Shown: positions 25,126-36,192 of the stretch, piece after piece
Position numbering within the stretch: position 1 is the first letter of the stretch
Layout: each line of letters opens with the position of its first letter
DNA from: Mobula hypostoma
Lineage: Eukaryota
Length of the DNA stretch: 64,000 bases
Assembly (NCBI RefSeq): GCF_963921235.1
Contig: NC_086097.1
Location: 254,636,001-254,700,000 of the forward strand
Direction of reading: 5' to 3'
Notes under the pieces: model-generated
Seen by the model: the letters and a program-made list of their open reading frames with translations, nothing else
What the model was told of the DNA's origin: nothing
Databases searched by the model: none
Translations under genes and position numbers: made by a program

Positions 25126-26085
25126 GCATCATCGGGAACAGGTTTAAAAAATCCTGTCCATTTCAATGTCTTTTTTAATGCTTCTTTCTCACCGTCCTCT
25201 TTTTCTTGTTTCTTTTTTTTTTCTGTGCTCCACTCTCGTATTTTTTTGTCCGTCATGATGATAGCTACCTATTTTGGGCCCCTCTGCAGCTCTGGCCCCT
25301 GGGCTGCAGCCCGGCACTGAGAAAAAGGGAGGTGAGAGTTGATATTGGACCACTGGAAAATGACGCTGATGAGAGAGTAATGGGAGACCAAGAAATGGCA
25401 GATGATCTGAATGAGTACTTTGCATCTGTCTTCACTGTGGAAGACACTGTCAGTGTGCCAGATGTCCATGAGTGTCAGGGAGCAGGAGTGAGTGCCATTG
25501 CTATTACAAAGTGATAAGTGCAAGGCAAACTCAAAGGGCTGAAGGTGGATAAGACACCTAGACCTGGTGGACTACATCCCAGAGCCCTGAGAGAGGTTGC
25601 TGAAGAGATAACGGATGCATTGGTCATGATCTTTCAAGAATCACTTGATTCTGGCATGGTGCCAGAAGACTGGAAGATTGCAAATGTCACTCCACTCTTT
25701 AAGAAGGGAGAAAGGCAAAAAAATGAAATTATAGGCCAGTTAGCCTAACCTCAATGATTGGGAAAGTGTTGGAGTACTTAAAATCTAATGATATATTAAG
25801 TCAAAGTCAGCATGGTTTCTGTTAAGGCAAATCTTGTCTGACAAATCTGTTAGAGTTCTTCGAGGAAGTAACAAGCAGGGTGAACAAAGCAGACACAGTG
25901 GATGTCACTTACTTGGATTTTCAGAAGACATTTGATAAGGTGCTTAACAAGATAAACTCCATTGGCGTTACAGGAAAGATACTGGCATTGATAGCAGAAT
26001 GGCTGCTGGCAGGAGGCAGTGAGTGGGGATAAAGGAGGCCTTCTCTGGTTGGCTGCCAGTGACTAGTGGTGTTCCTCAGGAGTGT

Positions 26086-27640
26086 AAACCCCAGAGTTCT
26101 GAAAGAGGTAGCTAAAGAGGTTGTGGAGGCATTAGTAATGATCTTTCAAGAATCACTAGATTCTGGAATGGTTCCGGAAGACTGGAAAATTTCAAATATC
26201 ACTCCTCTTTTCATGAAGGGAAAGAGGTTGAAGAAAGGAAACTGTAGGCCAGGTGATCTGACCTCAGTGGCTGGGCAGATATTGGAGTCGATTATAAAGG
26301 ATGAGGTCTCAGGGTACTTGGAGGCACGTGATAAAATAGGCCACAGTCAGCATGGTTTCCTCAAGGGAAAATCCTGCTTAAAAATCTGTTGGAATTCTTT
26401 CAAGAAATAACAAGCAGGATAGACAAAGGAGAATTGCTGAATGATGTGTACTTGGATTTTCAGAAGGACTTTGAGGTGGTGCTGCATATGAGGCAGCTTA
26501 ACAAGCTATGAGCCCATGGCATTACAGGGAAGATTCTAGCATGGATGAAGCAGTGCTGATTGGCAGGAGGTGAAGAGTGGGAATAAAGAGAGCCTTTTCT
26601 GGTTGGCTGCCAGTGACTAGTGGTATTCCACAGAGGTCTGTGTTGGGACCAATTCTTTTTAATTTTTATATGAATGATTTGGATGATGGAATTGATGACT
26701 TTGTTGCAAAGATTGCAGATGAAATGAAGTCAGATAGACGGACAGGTAGTTTTGAGAAAGTAGAGAGGTTGCAGAAGGACTTAGACAGATTAGGAGAATG
26801 GGCAAAGAAGTGGCCAAAGGCATACAGTGTCAGGAAGTATATGGTCATGCACTTAGAAGAAATGAAAGGGTTGACTATTTTCTAAATGGACAAGAAATAC
26901 AAAAAAACTGAGATGCAAAGGAACTTGGGAGTCCTGTGCAGGACTCCCTAAATGTTAATTTGCAGGTTGAGTCTATGGTGCGGAAGGCACATGCAATGTT
27001 AGCATTCATTCCAAGAAGACTAGAACATGAAAGCAAGGATGTAATATTGAGACTTTATAAAGCACTAATGAGGCCTCACTTAGAGTATTGCGAGCAGTTT
27101 TGGGCCCTTTATCTTAGAAAGGATGTGCTGAAATTGGATAGGGTTCAAAGAAGGTTCACAAAAATAATTCCAGGAATCAATGGCTTGTCATATGAACAGC
27201 GTTTGACAGCTCTGGCCCTATATTTGCTGGAATTTAGAAGAATGAGGGGTGTCCTCATTGAAACATATTGAATGGTGAAAGGCCTTGATAGAGTGGATGT
27301 GGAGAGGATGTTTCCCATAGTGGGAGGATCTAAGACCAGAGGACACAGCCTCAGAATAGAGGGACATCCTTTTAGAAAGGAGATGAGTTGGAATTTCTTT
27401 AGCCAGAGAGTGGTGAATCTGTGGAATTCTTTGCCACCGTCAGCTATGAAGGACAAGTCTTTATGTACATTTAAGGCAGAGGTTGCTAGATTCTTGATTG
27501 ATCAGGGCATGAAAGGATACGGGGAGAGGGCAAGAGATTGGGGCTGAGAAAAATATTGGATCAGCCATAATTAAATAGCAGAGCAGATTCAATGGGCAAA
27601 ATAGCCTAATTCTGCTCCGATACCTTATGGTCTTATGAGA
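26086..27640 (+). mobile_element. Decayed 5'-truncated CR1 LINE
   Basis: RT motifs through to a CR1 3' UTR (cctaattctgctcc...atggtcttatg). Confidence 0.85.
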
Positions 27641-28149
27641 CATGGGAGCAGAATTATGCCATTAGGCTCACATATTCTACTCTGCTATTCCATCCGAACA
27701 CCTGTTTGTTTTCCACTGTCATTTTTGACAATCTCAATCTTTCATGATGCTTTAACTGACTGGAGTAAAGGAGTCATGTTCCACCATAAGGAATCGATGC
27801 AGTGTACACTCCCCCAGCAAAGTGATCATTGCATTCTCCATTCTCAGCCACACCGAGTCTCCCCAGGGATCACAGAAGTGCCAGATCATTCAGTCGGCCC
27901 AAAAATACATTCTCAGAAGAAAAATTACAGGCTGCAATTGATCATAAGTAGTATATTTGGAAGATGAAGAAGAGTATCTAGATGAAGAAGCATATTTGGA
28001 AGATGAAGAAGTGTATCAAATAGTTTTGTAAGCTGTTGCCATTGGTCACTGGCACCATTTTGCCAGCCACCCTCTGGCTAAAGAAATTCCTCCTCATCTC
28101 CGTTCTAAACAGACGTCCTTGTATTCTGAGTAACACATACAAAATCCTA

Positions 28150-28414
28150 CTTATTGATTTAGAGATACAACGTAGAGTAGGCCCTTCTGGCCCTTCAAGC
28201 TCTGCTGTCCCAGCAACACTTGACAACCAGAATTTAAGCGTTAACCTAATCACAGGACAATTTACAATGATCTATTAAATTGCCTAGTATGTGGAAGGAA
28301 AATGGAGCACTGAGGAAAAACCGATGCATTCCATGGTATAGAGACACGTTACAGAGGATGTCGGAATTGAACTCTGATACCCTGAGCTGTAATAGCGTTG
28401 CACTAACTGCTATG
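28150..28414 (-). mobile_element. tRNA-derived V-SINE (HE1-like) with CR1-type tail
   Basis: Minus strand: A-box-like start, B-box-like GAGTTCAATTCC, V-domain-like ggtttttcctcagtgctccattttccttccac, tail gggccagaagggcct...tgtatctctaaatcaataa. Confidence 0.6.
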
Positions 28415-29200
28415 TGATAATGCTGGAGGAACTCAGTAAGCCAGGGAAAATCTATGGAAATGAGTAGAGTCAATGTTTCAGTCTGACCCCTTTCATCAGG
28501 CTGAAAAGGAAGGGGGAAGGTAGCAAAATAAGAAGTGAGGAGAGAAAGGGTACAAGCTGACAGGTGAGAAGTGAGACCAGGTGGGTCGGGGATGGGGCAA
28601 TGAAGTGAGAAGCTGGGCGGTGATAGGTGGCAAAGGTAAAGGGCCGAACAAAGAGGAATCTTATTGGAGAGGAAAGTGGACCTTAGGGGATAAAGATGGA
28701 GGAAGAGCACCAGGGGAAGTGATAGGCAGGTGAGGAGAGGAGAAAAGGTAAGAGAGATGCCAGAGTGGAAGAAGAGGGAAGGGGCAGGGGGAAAATTACT
28801 GGAATTTAGAGAAATCAACACTCATAACATCAGGTAATATGTGTTGCTCCTGCATGCTGAGACTGGCCTCATGAGGGCAGTAGATGACAATCAAGGGATG
28901 GTATCCATCAAAGGTTAATGGTTTGGGTATTACCTGGCTACTTCGCTCACACCATCATGTCTGAACGGTCCGGCCATAAATGTGGTTCCAGTCAGGAGTC
29001 TCTACGTTCTCTCAGCTATTGTCACTGCCTGTACAGCTGAGTGATCCCAGACAGTGTTTGTAAGTCTTAAAATTTTATACCACCTGTAAAATAACAAACT
29101 ACTTATTATACAAAATGCTGGAGGAACTCAGCAGGTCAGGCAGCATCTATCAAGGGGAATAAATAGTCAACGTTTTGGGCCGAGACCTTTCATCAGGACT
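28415..29200 (-). mobile_element. Two decayed PLE terminal-repeat fragments (28415-28835, 29105-29200)
   Basis: aatgctggaggaactcagcagg motif and degenerate hammerhead cores (28469-28502; 29165-29200 with GAAA>AAAA). Confidence 0.65.
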
Positions 29201-29894
29201 GTTTATTAATCTCAGCAAATTAGAGAATTCAGAACCTGGTGTTCAAGGAATGTGTGAGGTCACAGAAAACACACAGTTTTGTAAAGTGTTTAAGCAAGGT
29301 GCTGTCAACTTAAAATCAAATCAGATAGGACATAAACTCTTCACTAAACCACACTAACCATAAAGGCAGTGTTTGATTAGACTGTTTAATTATTTTCTTT
29401 GTAACTCAACAATTAATTACCTGCTTGTATTTCATGTCACTACTTGTATACGTATAACTGTCTGGTATGCTTCCTATTGTCCACAGTATGTACATGCACT
29501 GTTCAATGTGCCCCCTCGTGATTACTTTTGTATGGTTCCGGAAAGATCTGGAAGCTCCACTGGCACTGCATTATCTGATTGTTTGATACTGATCTGAAAA
29601 CCTGAATGGAATGTTTCTTATCTATTGGTACAAAGAAAGCTGACCAGGAGGTGGTGCCATCTTCTTGCTCTTCTCTCACTCTTCACTTACTGGACCCCTA
29701 TCACTGTCAATTTTTCAATTTCCTTTGATTTCTTAATGTTTAACAAAACAATCGTGAAACAACAAGTGTTGTGCCTCTTTCCTGACTCCTGAAAGAACCT
29801 TGGACCAAGAACATCAGAATCTAACAGCAGTTATCTGTATCTTCATGGGGAAATGTTGGCATTGTCATTCAACCAGGCAACATATCCCCAGATA

Positions 29895-31500
29895 GAAACA
29901 CAGAAACATAGAAAACCTACAGCACAATACAGGCCCTTCGGCCCACAATGCTGTGCCGAACATGTCCCTACCTTAGAAATTACTAGGGTTACCCATAGCT
30001 CTCTATTTTTCCAAGCTCCATGTACCTATCCAATAGTCTCTTAAAAGACCCTATCATATCTGCCTCCATGTCTCAGATAGAGATGCAGATAAACTCCGCC
30101 CAGGTAAAATGTGCAACATGGCAAGAACGTTGTCCTAGATATTCTCTTATTGTGGTGATCTCCTCCATGGTGAGAACAAGCTGATAAATGCAGGAACTTT
30201 CTATCTTGAATCTCACACAGCACTGGAAATAAAATCTCACCTTTCACTTGGTTTTATGTAAGCACCTAACTTTGGAAAAGTTTGAAGAGACTTGGTAGGT
30301 CACCAAAGACACTTGCAAGTGTTGCAAGCATCCATCATTCAGAAACCCCATCAGCCAGGACGTGCCCTCTTCTCATTGCTACCTTCAGGGAGGAGGTACA
30401 GGAGCCTGAACACACACTCAACAATTCAGAAACAGTTTCTTCCCCTCCGCCACCAGATTTCTGAATTGACAATGAACCTATGTACACTACCTCACAAATT
30501 TTGCTCTCTTTTTGCACTACTTACGTAATTTATATATATATATATATATTTCTTATTGTAATTTATATATTTTACTGTTATGTATTGCAATGCACTGCTG
30601 CTGCAAACCAACAAATTTCACGACATATTGTTTGCCAGTGATATTAAACCGGATTCTGATTCTGATACTGTATCATGTAGACCAAAACAACCCTCCTCAC
30701 TATCATTAATATCATCAATCTTTGTGTCATCTGCAAACTTACTAATCATACTCCTAACATTCACATCCACGTTGTCCGTATCTGAGTCCTGGCACACTGG
30801 GCAAAGACTTGCAAATGCAAATATACATTCATCGTCCTCGTCATTACCAAGCCAGTTTTGGATCTACAAGTAATTTGCCAACATTCCCTGGATCCTATGC
30901 CATTAACTTTCTGTGGGCCCTTTACTGAAGTTCATGGAGACTGCATCAACTGCACTAGCCCCTAAATCCTTGCGAAAATTCAGTCAAATTAGGCAGACCT
31001 AACTGTCCTTAAAGTGTCAGTCCTGCCAATCTCTCAAAAGCATCTCGATGATACCAACAATATCAGAGGTGTTAATAGAACATAGCACGCTACAGCACAG
31101 TACAGACCCTTCAGTCATTGATGTTGTGCTGACCTTTTAGCCTACTCGAAGGTCAATCCAACACTTCCCTCCTACATAACCCTCTATTTTTCTATCATCC
31201 ATGTGCCTATCTAAATGTTCCTAACGTATCTGTCTCTACCACCACTCCTGGTAGCACATTCCACACACTGTCTGTAAAAAAAAACTACCCTGTCATCCCC
31301 TATACATCGCTCTAATCACCTTAAAATGATGCACCCTGTATTAGCCATTTCTTCCTTGAAAAAGTCTCTGGCTGTCCACTCAATCTATGCCTCTTGTCAT
31401 CTTGTATACCTCCATCATGTTGCCTCTCATCCTCCTTCACTCCAAAAAGAAAAGCCCCAGCTCACTCAGACTGTCTTCGTAAACCATGTTCTCTAATCCT
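29895..31500. mobile_element. Short CR1 3' ends (29895-30070, 31075-31500, minus) and a Rex1-like 3' end (30280-30666, plus)
   Basis: (ATAGAAAC)-like tails followed by ggcccttc; ALFSLLPSGRRYRSL followed by a TGATTC tail. Confidence 0.7.
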
Positions 31501-32459
31501 GGAAAACAATAACTGTCTATCCCAAGGTTGTGCCCTCTGGTCTATGACTCCCCCACTACAGTCAACATCTTCTCCACATCCAATCTATCTCGACCTTTCA
31601 ATATTTGATACTGAATGCAGAAGGTCAAACTTTTTAACTATGGTCAGTTTGTTGTCATCTCTAAGTGTTCTCAGTAAATTCAAATGATACCAGTGCATAC
31701 TGGAAATGACCTGACTGACATCTGCAAATCTTCCTCGTGGTCTTAATGCCTGAAGAGTGATTCTGCTCTGAATATTATTGTGTATTTCACTATCTAAATC
31801 ACTACCACACTTATGAAGGTTCATAACAAACGTTAATTTGAAAAATCAGCTAAGCACTTCTTCTGTACACTAAATGTGGAATTATCTTCATAATTACTTT
31901 TGGTAGAATGTTTTGTCTCAGCCTAAGTTGAGTTTCAATGAAAAGCATCAGACCATGAGACATCGGAGCAGAATTAGGCCTTCAAACAATTGAGTCTGCT
32001 CCACCAGTCCATCACGGCTGGTGAGTACTCAGTATTAATGCTAAACCTCTGGAGAAGTTAGTAATCTTTAAATAAGTTTATACTGTAATATAGATGCCAC
32101 AAAGAAGTTACAAGATCAAAGACAGACTGAAGTAATCGAATTTTGATTAAATTACAGAAGAGAATGGTACATGACAGCAAAGCTAAAGTACTGTAGTTAG
32201 TAGGATTCTCACAAGGACACAGTAACATCACATACACCATGAAGGCATGCATGAGGAGAGAAATATTCATCAGAGTTGGAAAAAATTCAGCATAAACAGG
32301 ATGTAAGGTGCAGAAAAAGAGGAGGGGAGGACAGAACAAAACAAGAACAGTGTGAGAGTTGGTTAATGACCAACACTTGAGCAGCAGGAAAAGGAGAAGA
32401 CTTCCTAAAGGTATCATACTGTGAATAAAGGAGGATACCAACATTTTTTTTTAAATATC

Positions 32460-32712
32460 ATCTTCATCATCATGTGCCATGCTGATGATGTAGGCAATCA
32501 TGGTCTTTGACTATGTTTGTTCTTGGCAAAGTTTTCTAGAGAACTGGTTTGCCATTACCTTCTTCTGGGCAGTTTCTCTCCAAGACGGTGATCCCAGCCA
32601 TTATCAATACTCCTCAGAGATTGTCTGCCTGGTGTCAGCGGTCACATTATCAGGATTTGTGATCTGCACCGGCTGCTCATACGACCATCCACCACCTGCT
32701 GCCATGTCTTCA
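32460..32712 (-). mobile_element. SINE-like repeat with RTE-type 3' end; longer copy at ~47500-47927 (+)
   Basis: Both copies share gtattgat..gg.tggg.tcacc..cttg and aatggcaaaccagtt and end in a (TGA)-rich tail. Confidence 0.5.
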
Positions 32713-32739
32713 CATGTGTCAAATACTGTATACCTGTAC

Positions 32740-34010
32740 ATATAAAGAGTAAAAGAGAGGCAAAAGTGGATATTGAACCATTGGAAAATTATGCTGCAGA
32801 GGAAGTAATGGAGGAACAAAGAAATGGCAGGCAAACTTAATAAATATTTTGCGTCAGCGCGGAATGACTCCAGCAATGTGCCAGAAATTCAAGTGTCAGT
32901 GGGGAAGAATCAAGTGTTGTTGCTATTACCATGCAGAAGGTGCTTGGGAATCTGAAAGATCTGAAGGTGGGTAAGTCACCTGGACCAGATGGACTACAAC
33001 CCAGGGTTCCGAAAGAAAAAGATGAAGAGATTGTGGAGGCACTAGTATTGATCGTTCAAGAATCAATAGATTCTGCATGGTTCCAGAGGAAAGTAAAATT
33101 GCAAACGTCAGTCCACTCTTTAAGAAGGGAGAGAGAGAGAAGAAAGGAAATTATAGGCCAGTTATCCTGATGTCAATGGTTGGAAAGATGTTGAAGTCCA
33201 TTATTAAGGGTGAGTGTTCGGGTATTTGAAGACACATGATAAACTAGGCCGGTCAGCATGGTTTCCTAGCCTGACAAATCAATTGAAATTTTTTGAAGAA
33301 ATAACAGGCAGGATGGACAATGGAGAGTCAGTAGATATTGTCCACTTGGATTTTCAGAAGGCCTTTGATAAGGTGCTGCACATGAGGCTGCGTAACAAGA
33401 GCCCATGGCATTAAAGGAAAGGCACCAATATGGAGAGAAGATTGGCTGACTGCAAGGAAGCAAAAAGTAGGAATAAAGGAGCCTTTTCTTGTTAGCTACT
33501 GATGATTAGTAGTGTGCCACAGTGGTTTGTGTTAGGACTGCTTCTTTTTAAGTCATTTGGATGAAGGAATTTTTGGCTTTATGGCCAAATTTGCAGATAA
33601 TATGAAGATAGGTGGAGGGGTGAGTATTGTCGAGGAAGTAGGGAGTCTGCAGAGGACTTAGACAGATTGGGAGAATGGGCAAAGAAGTTGCAGATGGATT
33701 ACAGTGTAGTGAAATGTATGCCGATGAATAAAAGCATAAACTATTTTGTAAATTTAGGATAAAATTCAGAAATCCATGGTGCAAAGGAACTTGGGAGTCC
33801 ATGTGCAGGATTCCCTAAAGGTTAACTTGCAGGTTGAGTCGGTGGTGAGGAAGACAAATGCAATGTTAGCATTCATTTGCAGAGGACTAGAATATGAGCA
33901 AGGATGTAATGCTGAGTCTTTATCAGGCATTGGTCAGACCACACTTGGAGAATTATGAGCAATTTTGGGCCCTTTATCTAAGAAAGGATGTGCTGGCATT
34001 GGAGAGGGTA
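32740..34010 (+). mobile_element. Old decayed CR1 ORF2 fragment
   Basis: KSPGPDGLQPRV, LDFQKAFDKV, RPHLE..EQFW. Confidence 0.8.
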
Positions 34011-34132
34011 TCTTTCTCTCAGTTTCCCTATCAAACCACTAAGCCCAACAGGATGTTTTTGCCTTTGCAGAAACAGACAGGATATGCTCTCTCTCCTCCT
34101 TTCTGCACATTTAGCTGCAGACCCGGAAATCA

Positions 34133-34805
34133 TCAACACAAGAGATACTGTAGGCACTGTAAGTTCAGAGCAACACACACAAAAAATGCTGGTGAATGCA
34201 GCAGGCCAGGCAGCATCTCTAGGAAGAGGTACAGTCAACGTTTCAGGCCGAGACCCTTCGTCAGGACTAACTGAAAGAAGAGATAGTAAGAGATTTGAAA
34301 GTGGGAGGGGTAGGGGGAGATCCGAAATGGTAGGAGAAGACAGGACTGGGAGGGATGGAGCTAAGAGCTGGAAAGTTGATTGGCAAAAGGGATACGAGGC
34401 TGGAGAAGGGAGAGGATCATGGGACGGGAGGCCTAGGGAGAAAGAAAGGGGGAGGGGAGCCCAGAGGATGGGCAAGGAGTTATATTGAGAGGGTCAGAGG
34501 GAGAAAAAAGAGAGGAAGAAAGGGGAAATAAATAAATAAATAAATAAACAAGCAAACAAACAAATACATAAAGGGTGGGGTACGAAGGTGAGGTGGGGCA
34601 TTAACGGAAGTTAGAGAAGTCAATGTTCATGCCATCAGGTTGGAGGCTACCCAGACGGAATATAAGGTGTTGTTCCTCCAGCCTGAGTGTGGCTTCATCT
34701 TTACAGTAGAGGAGGCCATGGATAGACATGTCAGAATGGGAATGGGACGTGGAATTAAAATGTGTGGCCACTGGGAGGTCCTGCTTTCTCTGGCAGACAG
34801 AGCAC
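34133..34805 (-). mobile_element. Penelope-like element 3' portion (GIY-YIG C-terminus + terminal repeat)
   Basis: Minus strand 34615-34770 encodes HF.S..HSHSDMSIHGL...LRLEEQHLIFRLGSLQPDGMNIDFS, then a pyrimidine-rich tract and hammerhead motif. Confidence 0.85.
34233..34268 (-). ncRNA. Minimal hammerhead ribozyme motif (PLE-associated)
   Basis: AGUC-CUGACGA-A-GGGU(CUCG)GCCU-GAAA-CG-UU-GACU; core intact, G-U at the base of stem II. Confidence 0.6.
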
Positions 34806-35019
34806 AGGTGATCCTACTACTTCTTGCATGCCAGGCAGTGCTGTACAATTTGAACTAATTCCCCAGCACTCTTGCCTTGGTGCCAGACCCACCAATACGT
34901 GGTCTGCAACCAATGCCCCAGCACATTTGGAAGAGCCAACAAACGAAAACCCTCACCCCTCAACCAGCTGTTGCTGCACGCATTCTCGCCCTCCCTGCTG
35001 GTGTAGGTTTTCAACTTGG

Positions 35020-35084
35020 AAACTAGAATGCCTGCTACTGGCAGAAGAAACTTATCCTTCAGCCAGTAGAAGGCATTCTAGTTT
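35020..35084. repeat. Inverted repeat/hairpin with 28-bp arms and a 9-nt loop
   Basis: aaactagaatgcctgctactggcagaag pairs with cttcagccagtagaaggcattctagttt, 2 mismatches. Confidence 0.9.
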
Positions 35085-35986
35085 TATCTTTGTGGACAGT
35101 ATACTGAATCCACTTGATATCAATGCAAGATTTCTATCTACTCCTTGCTTCGAGACAAATTGAAGCTGAGACTGGTGAGTGTCAATGTTAATTTCACAGA
35201 ACATAGAACATAGAAAACCTACAGCCACAATACAGGCCTTTCGGCCCACAAAGCTGTGCTGAACATGTCCCTACCTTAGAACTGCCTAGGCTTTACCCAT
35301 AGCCCTCTATTTTTCTAAGCTCCATGTCCCCATCCAGGAGTCTCTTAAAAGACCCTATCATTTCCGCCTTCACCACCACCGGCAGCCCATTCCACGCACT
35401 CACCATTCTCTGTGTAAAAAACATACCCCTGGTATCTCCTCTGTACCTACTTCCAATCACCTTAAAACTGTGCCCTCTCATGCTAGCCAGTTCAGTCCTG
35501 GGGAAAAGCCTTTGACTATCCACACAATCAATGCCTCTCATTATCTTGTACACCCCTATCAAGTCACCTCTCATCCTCCATCGCTCCAAGGAGAAAAGGC
35601 CGAGTTCACTCAACCTATTCTCATAAGGCATGCTCCCCAATCCAGGCAACATCCTTGTAAATCTCCTCTGCACCCTTTCTATGGTTTCCACAACCTTCCT
35701 GTAGCGAGGAGACCAGAACTGACCACAGTACTCCAAGTGGGCTCTGACCAGGGTCCTGTATAGCTGCAACATTACCTCTCGGCTCTTAAACTCAATCCCA
35801 CGATTGACGAAGGCCAATGCACTGTATGCCTTCTTAACCACAGAGTCAACCTGCACAGTAACTTTGAGTGTCCTATGGACTCGGACCCCAAGATCCCTCT
35901 GATCCTCCACACTGCCAAGAGTCTTACCATTAATGCTATATTCTGCCATCATATTTGACTTACCAAAATGAACCACTTCACACTTA

Positions 35987-36192
35987 AGCAACACACACAA
36001 AATGCTGGTGGAACACGGCAGGCCAGGCAGCATCTATAGGAAGAAGTACAGTCGACGTTTCGGGCCGAGACCCTTCATCAGGACAACGTGGATTGTACTT
36101 CTTCCTATAGATGCTGCCAGGCCTGCTGCATTCCACCAGCATTATGTGTGTGTTGTTTGAATTTCCAGCATCTGCAGATTTCCTCATGTTTG
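35987..36192. mobile_element. Fold-back PLE insertion with 13-bp TSD
   Basis: Inverted arms ~35987-36053 / ~36091-36158; TSD cacttcacactta (35974-35986) / cactttacactta (36193-36205). Confidence 0.8.
36051..36084 (-). ncRNA. Minimal hammerhead ribozyme motif (PLE-associated)
   Basis: GUC-CUGAUGA-A-GGGU(CUCG)GCCC-GAAA-CG-UC-GAC. Confidence 0.7.

Larger units (their letters stand above)
21299..25256 (-). pseudogene. hAT transposase pseudogene (TTF-type zinc finger, DUF4371-like region, DDE, hATC dimerisation)
   Basis: N-terminal YESGAQKKK; WLLYS..CVFCFAC; FSISIDSSTD..DQL; GQCYDNAANM; CATHTLNL; PVTNASGERSFSKLK; frameshifts and two insertions. Confidence 0.9.
20358..25319 (-). mobile_element. 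hAT DNA transposon (Tip100/ZMYM1-like), defective
   Basis: Termini CAGGGCCGG...CCGGCACTG; 8-bp TSD agtaaaag (20350-20357) / agaaaaag (25320-25327); the host CR1 rejoins across it. Confidence 0.9.
18130..26085 (+). mobile_element. Decayed CR1 ORF2 hosting nested insertions at ~18412-19878 and 20358-25319
   Basis: MGDFN...LDWV at 18159-18410, resumes with GSSDHN at ~19890 and again (VDIGPLEN) after 25327. Confidence 0.85.

Noticed and set aside
27951..28017. Short GATGAAGAAG duplications (also the 10-bp duplication at ~18856-18881)
   Set aside because: Ordinary slippage duplications with no sign of function.
29400..29812. Possible short solo LTR
   Set aside because: LTR-like composition and a CA end, but no defined start, TSD or second copy.
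31585..32444. Possible host exons in unique-looking DNA
   Set aside because: No recognisable protein similarity or convincing splice-site pair.
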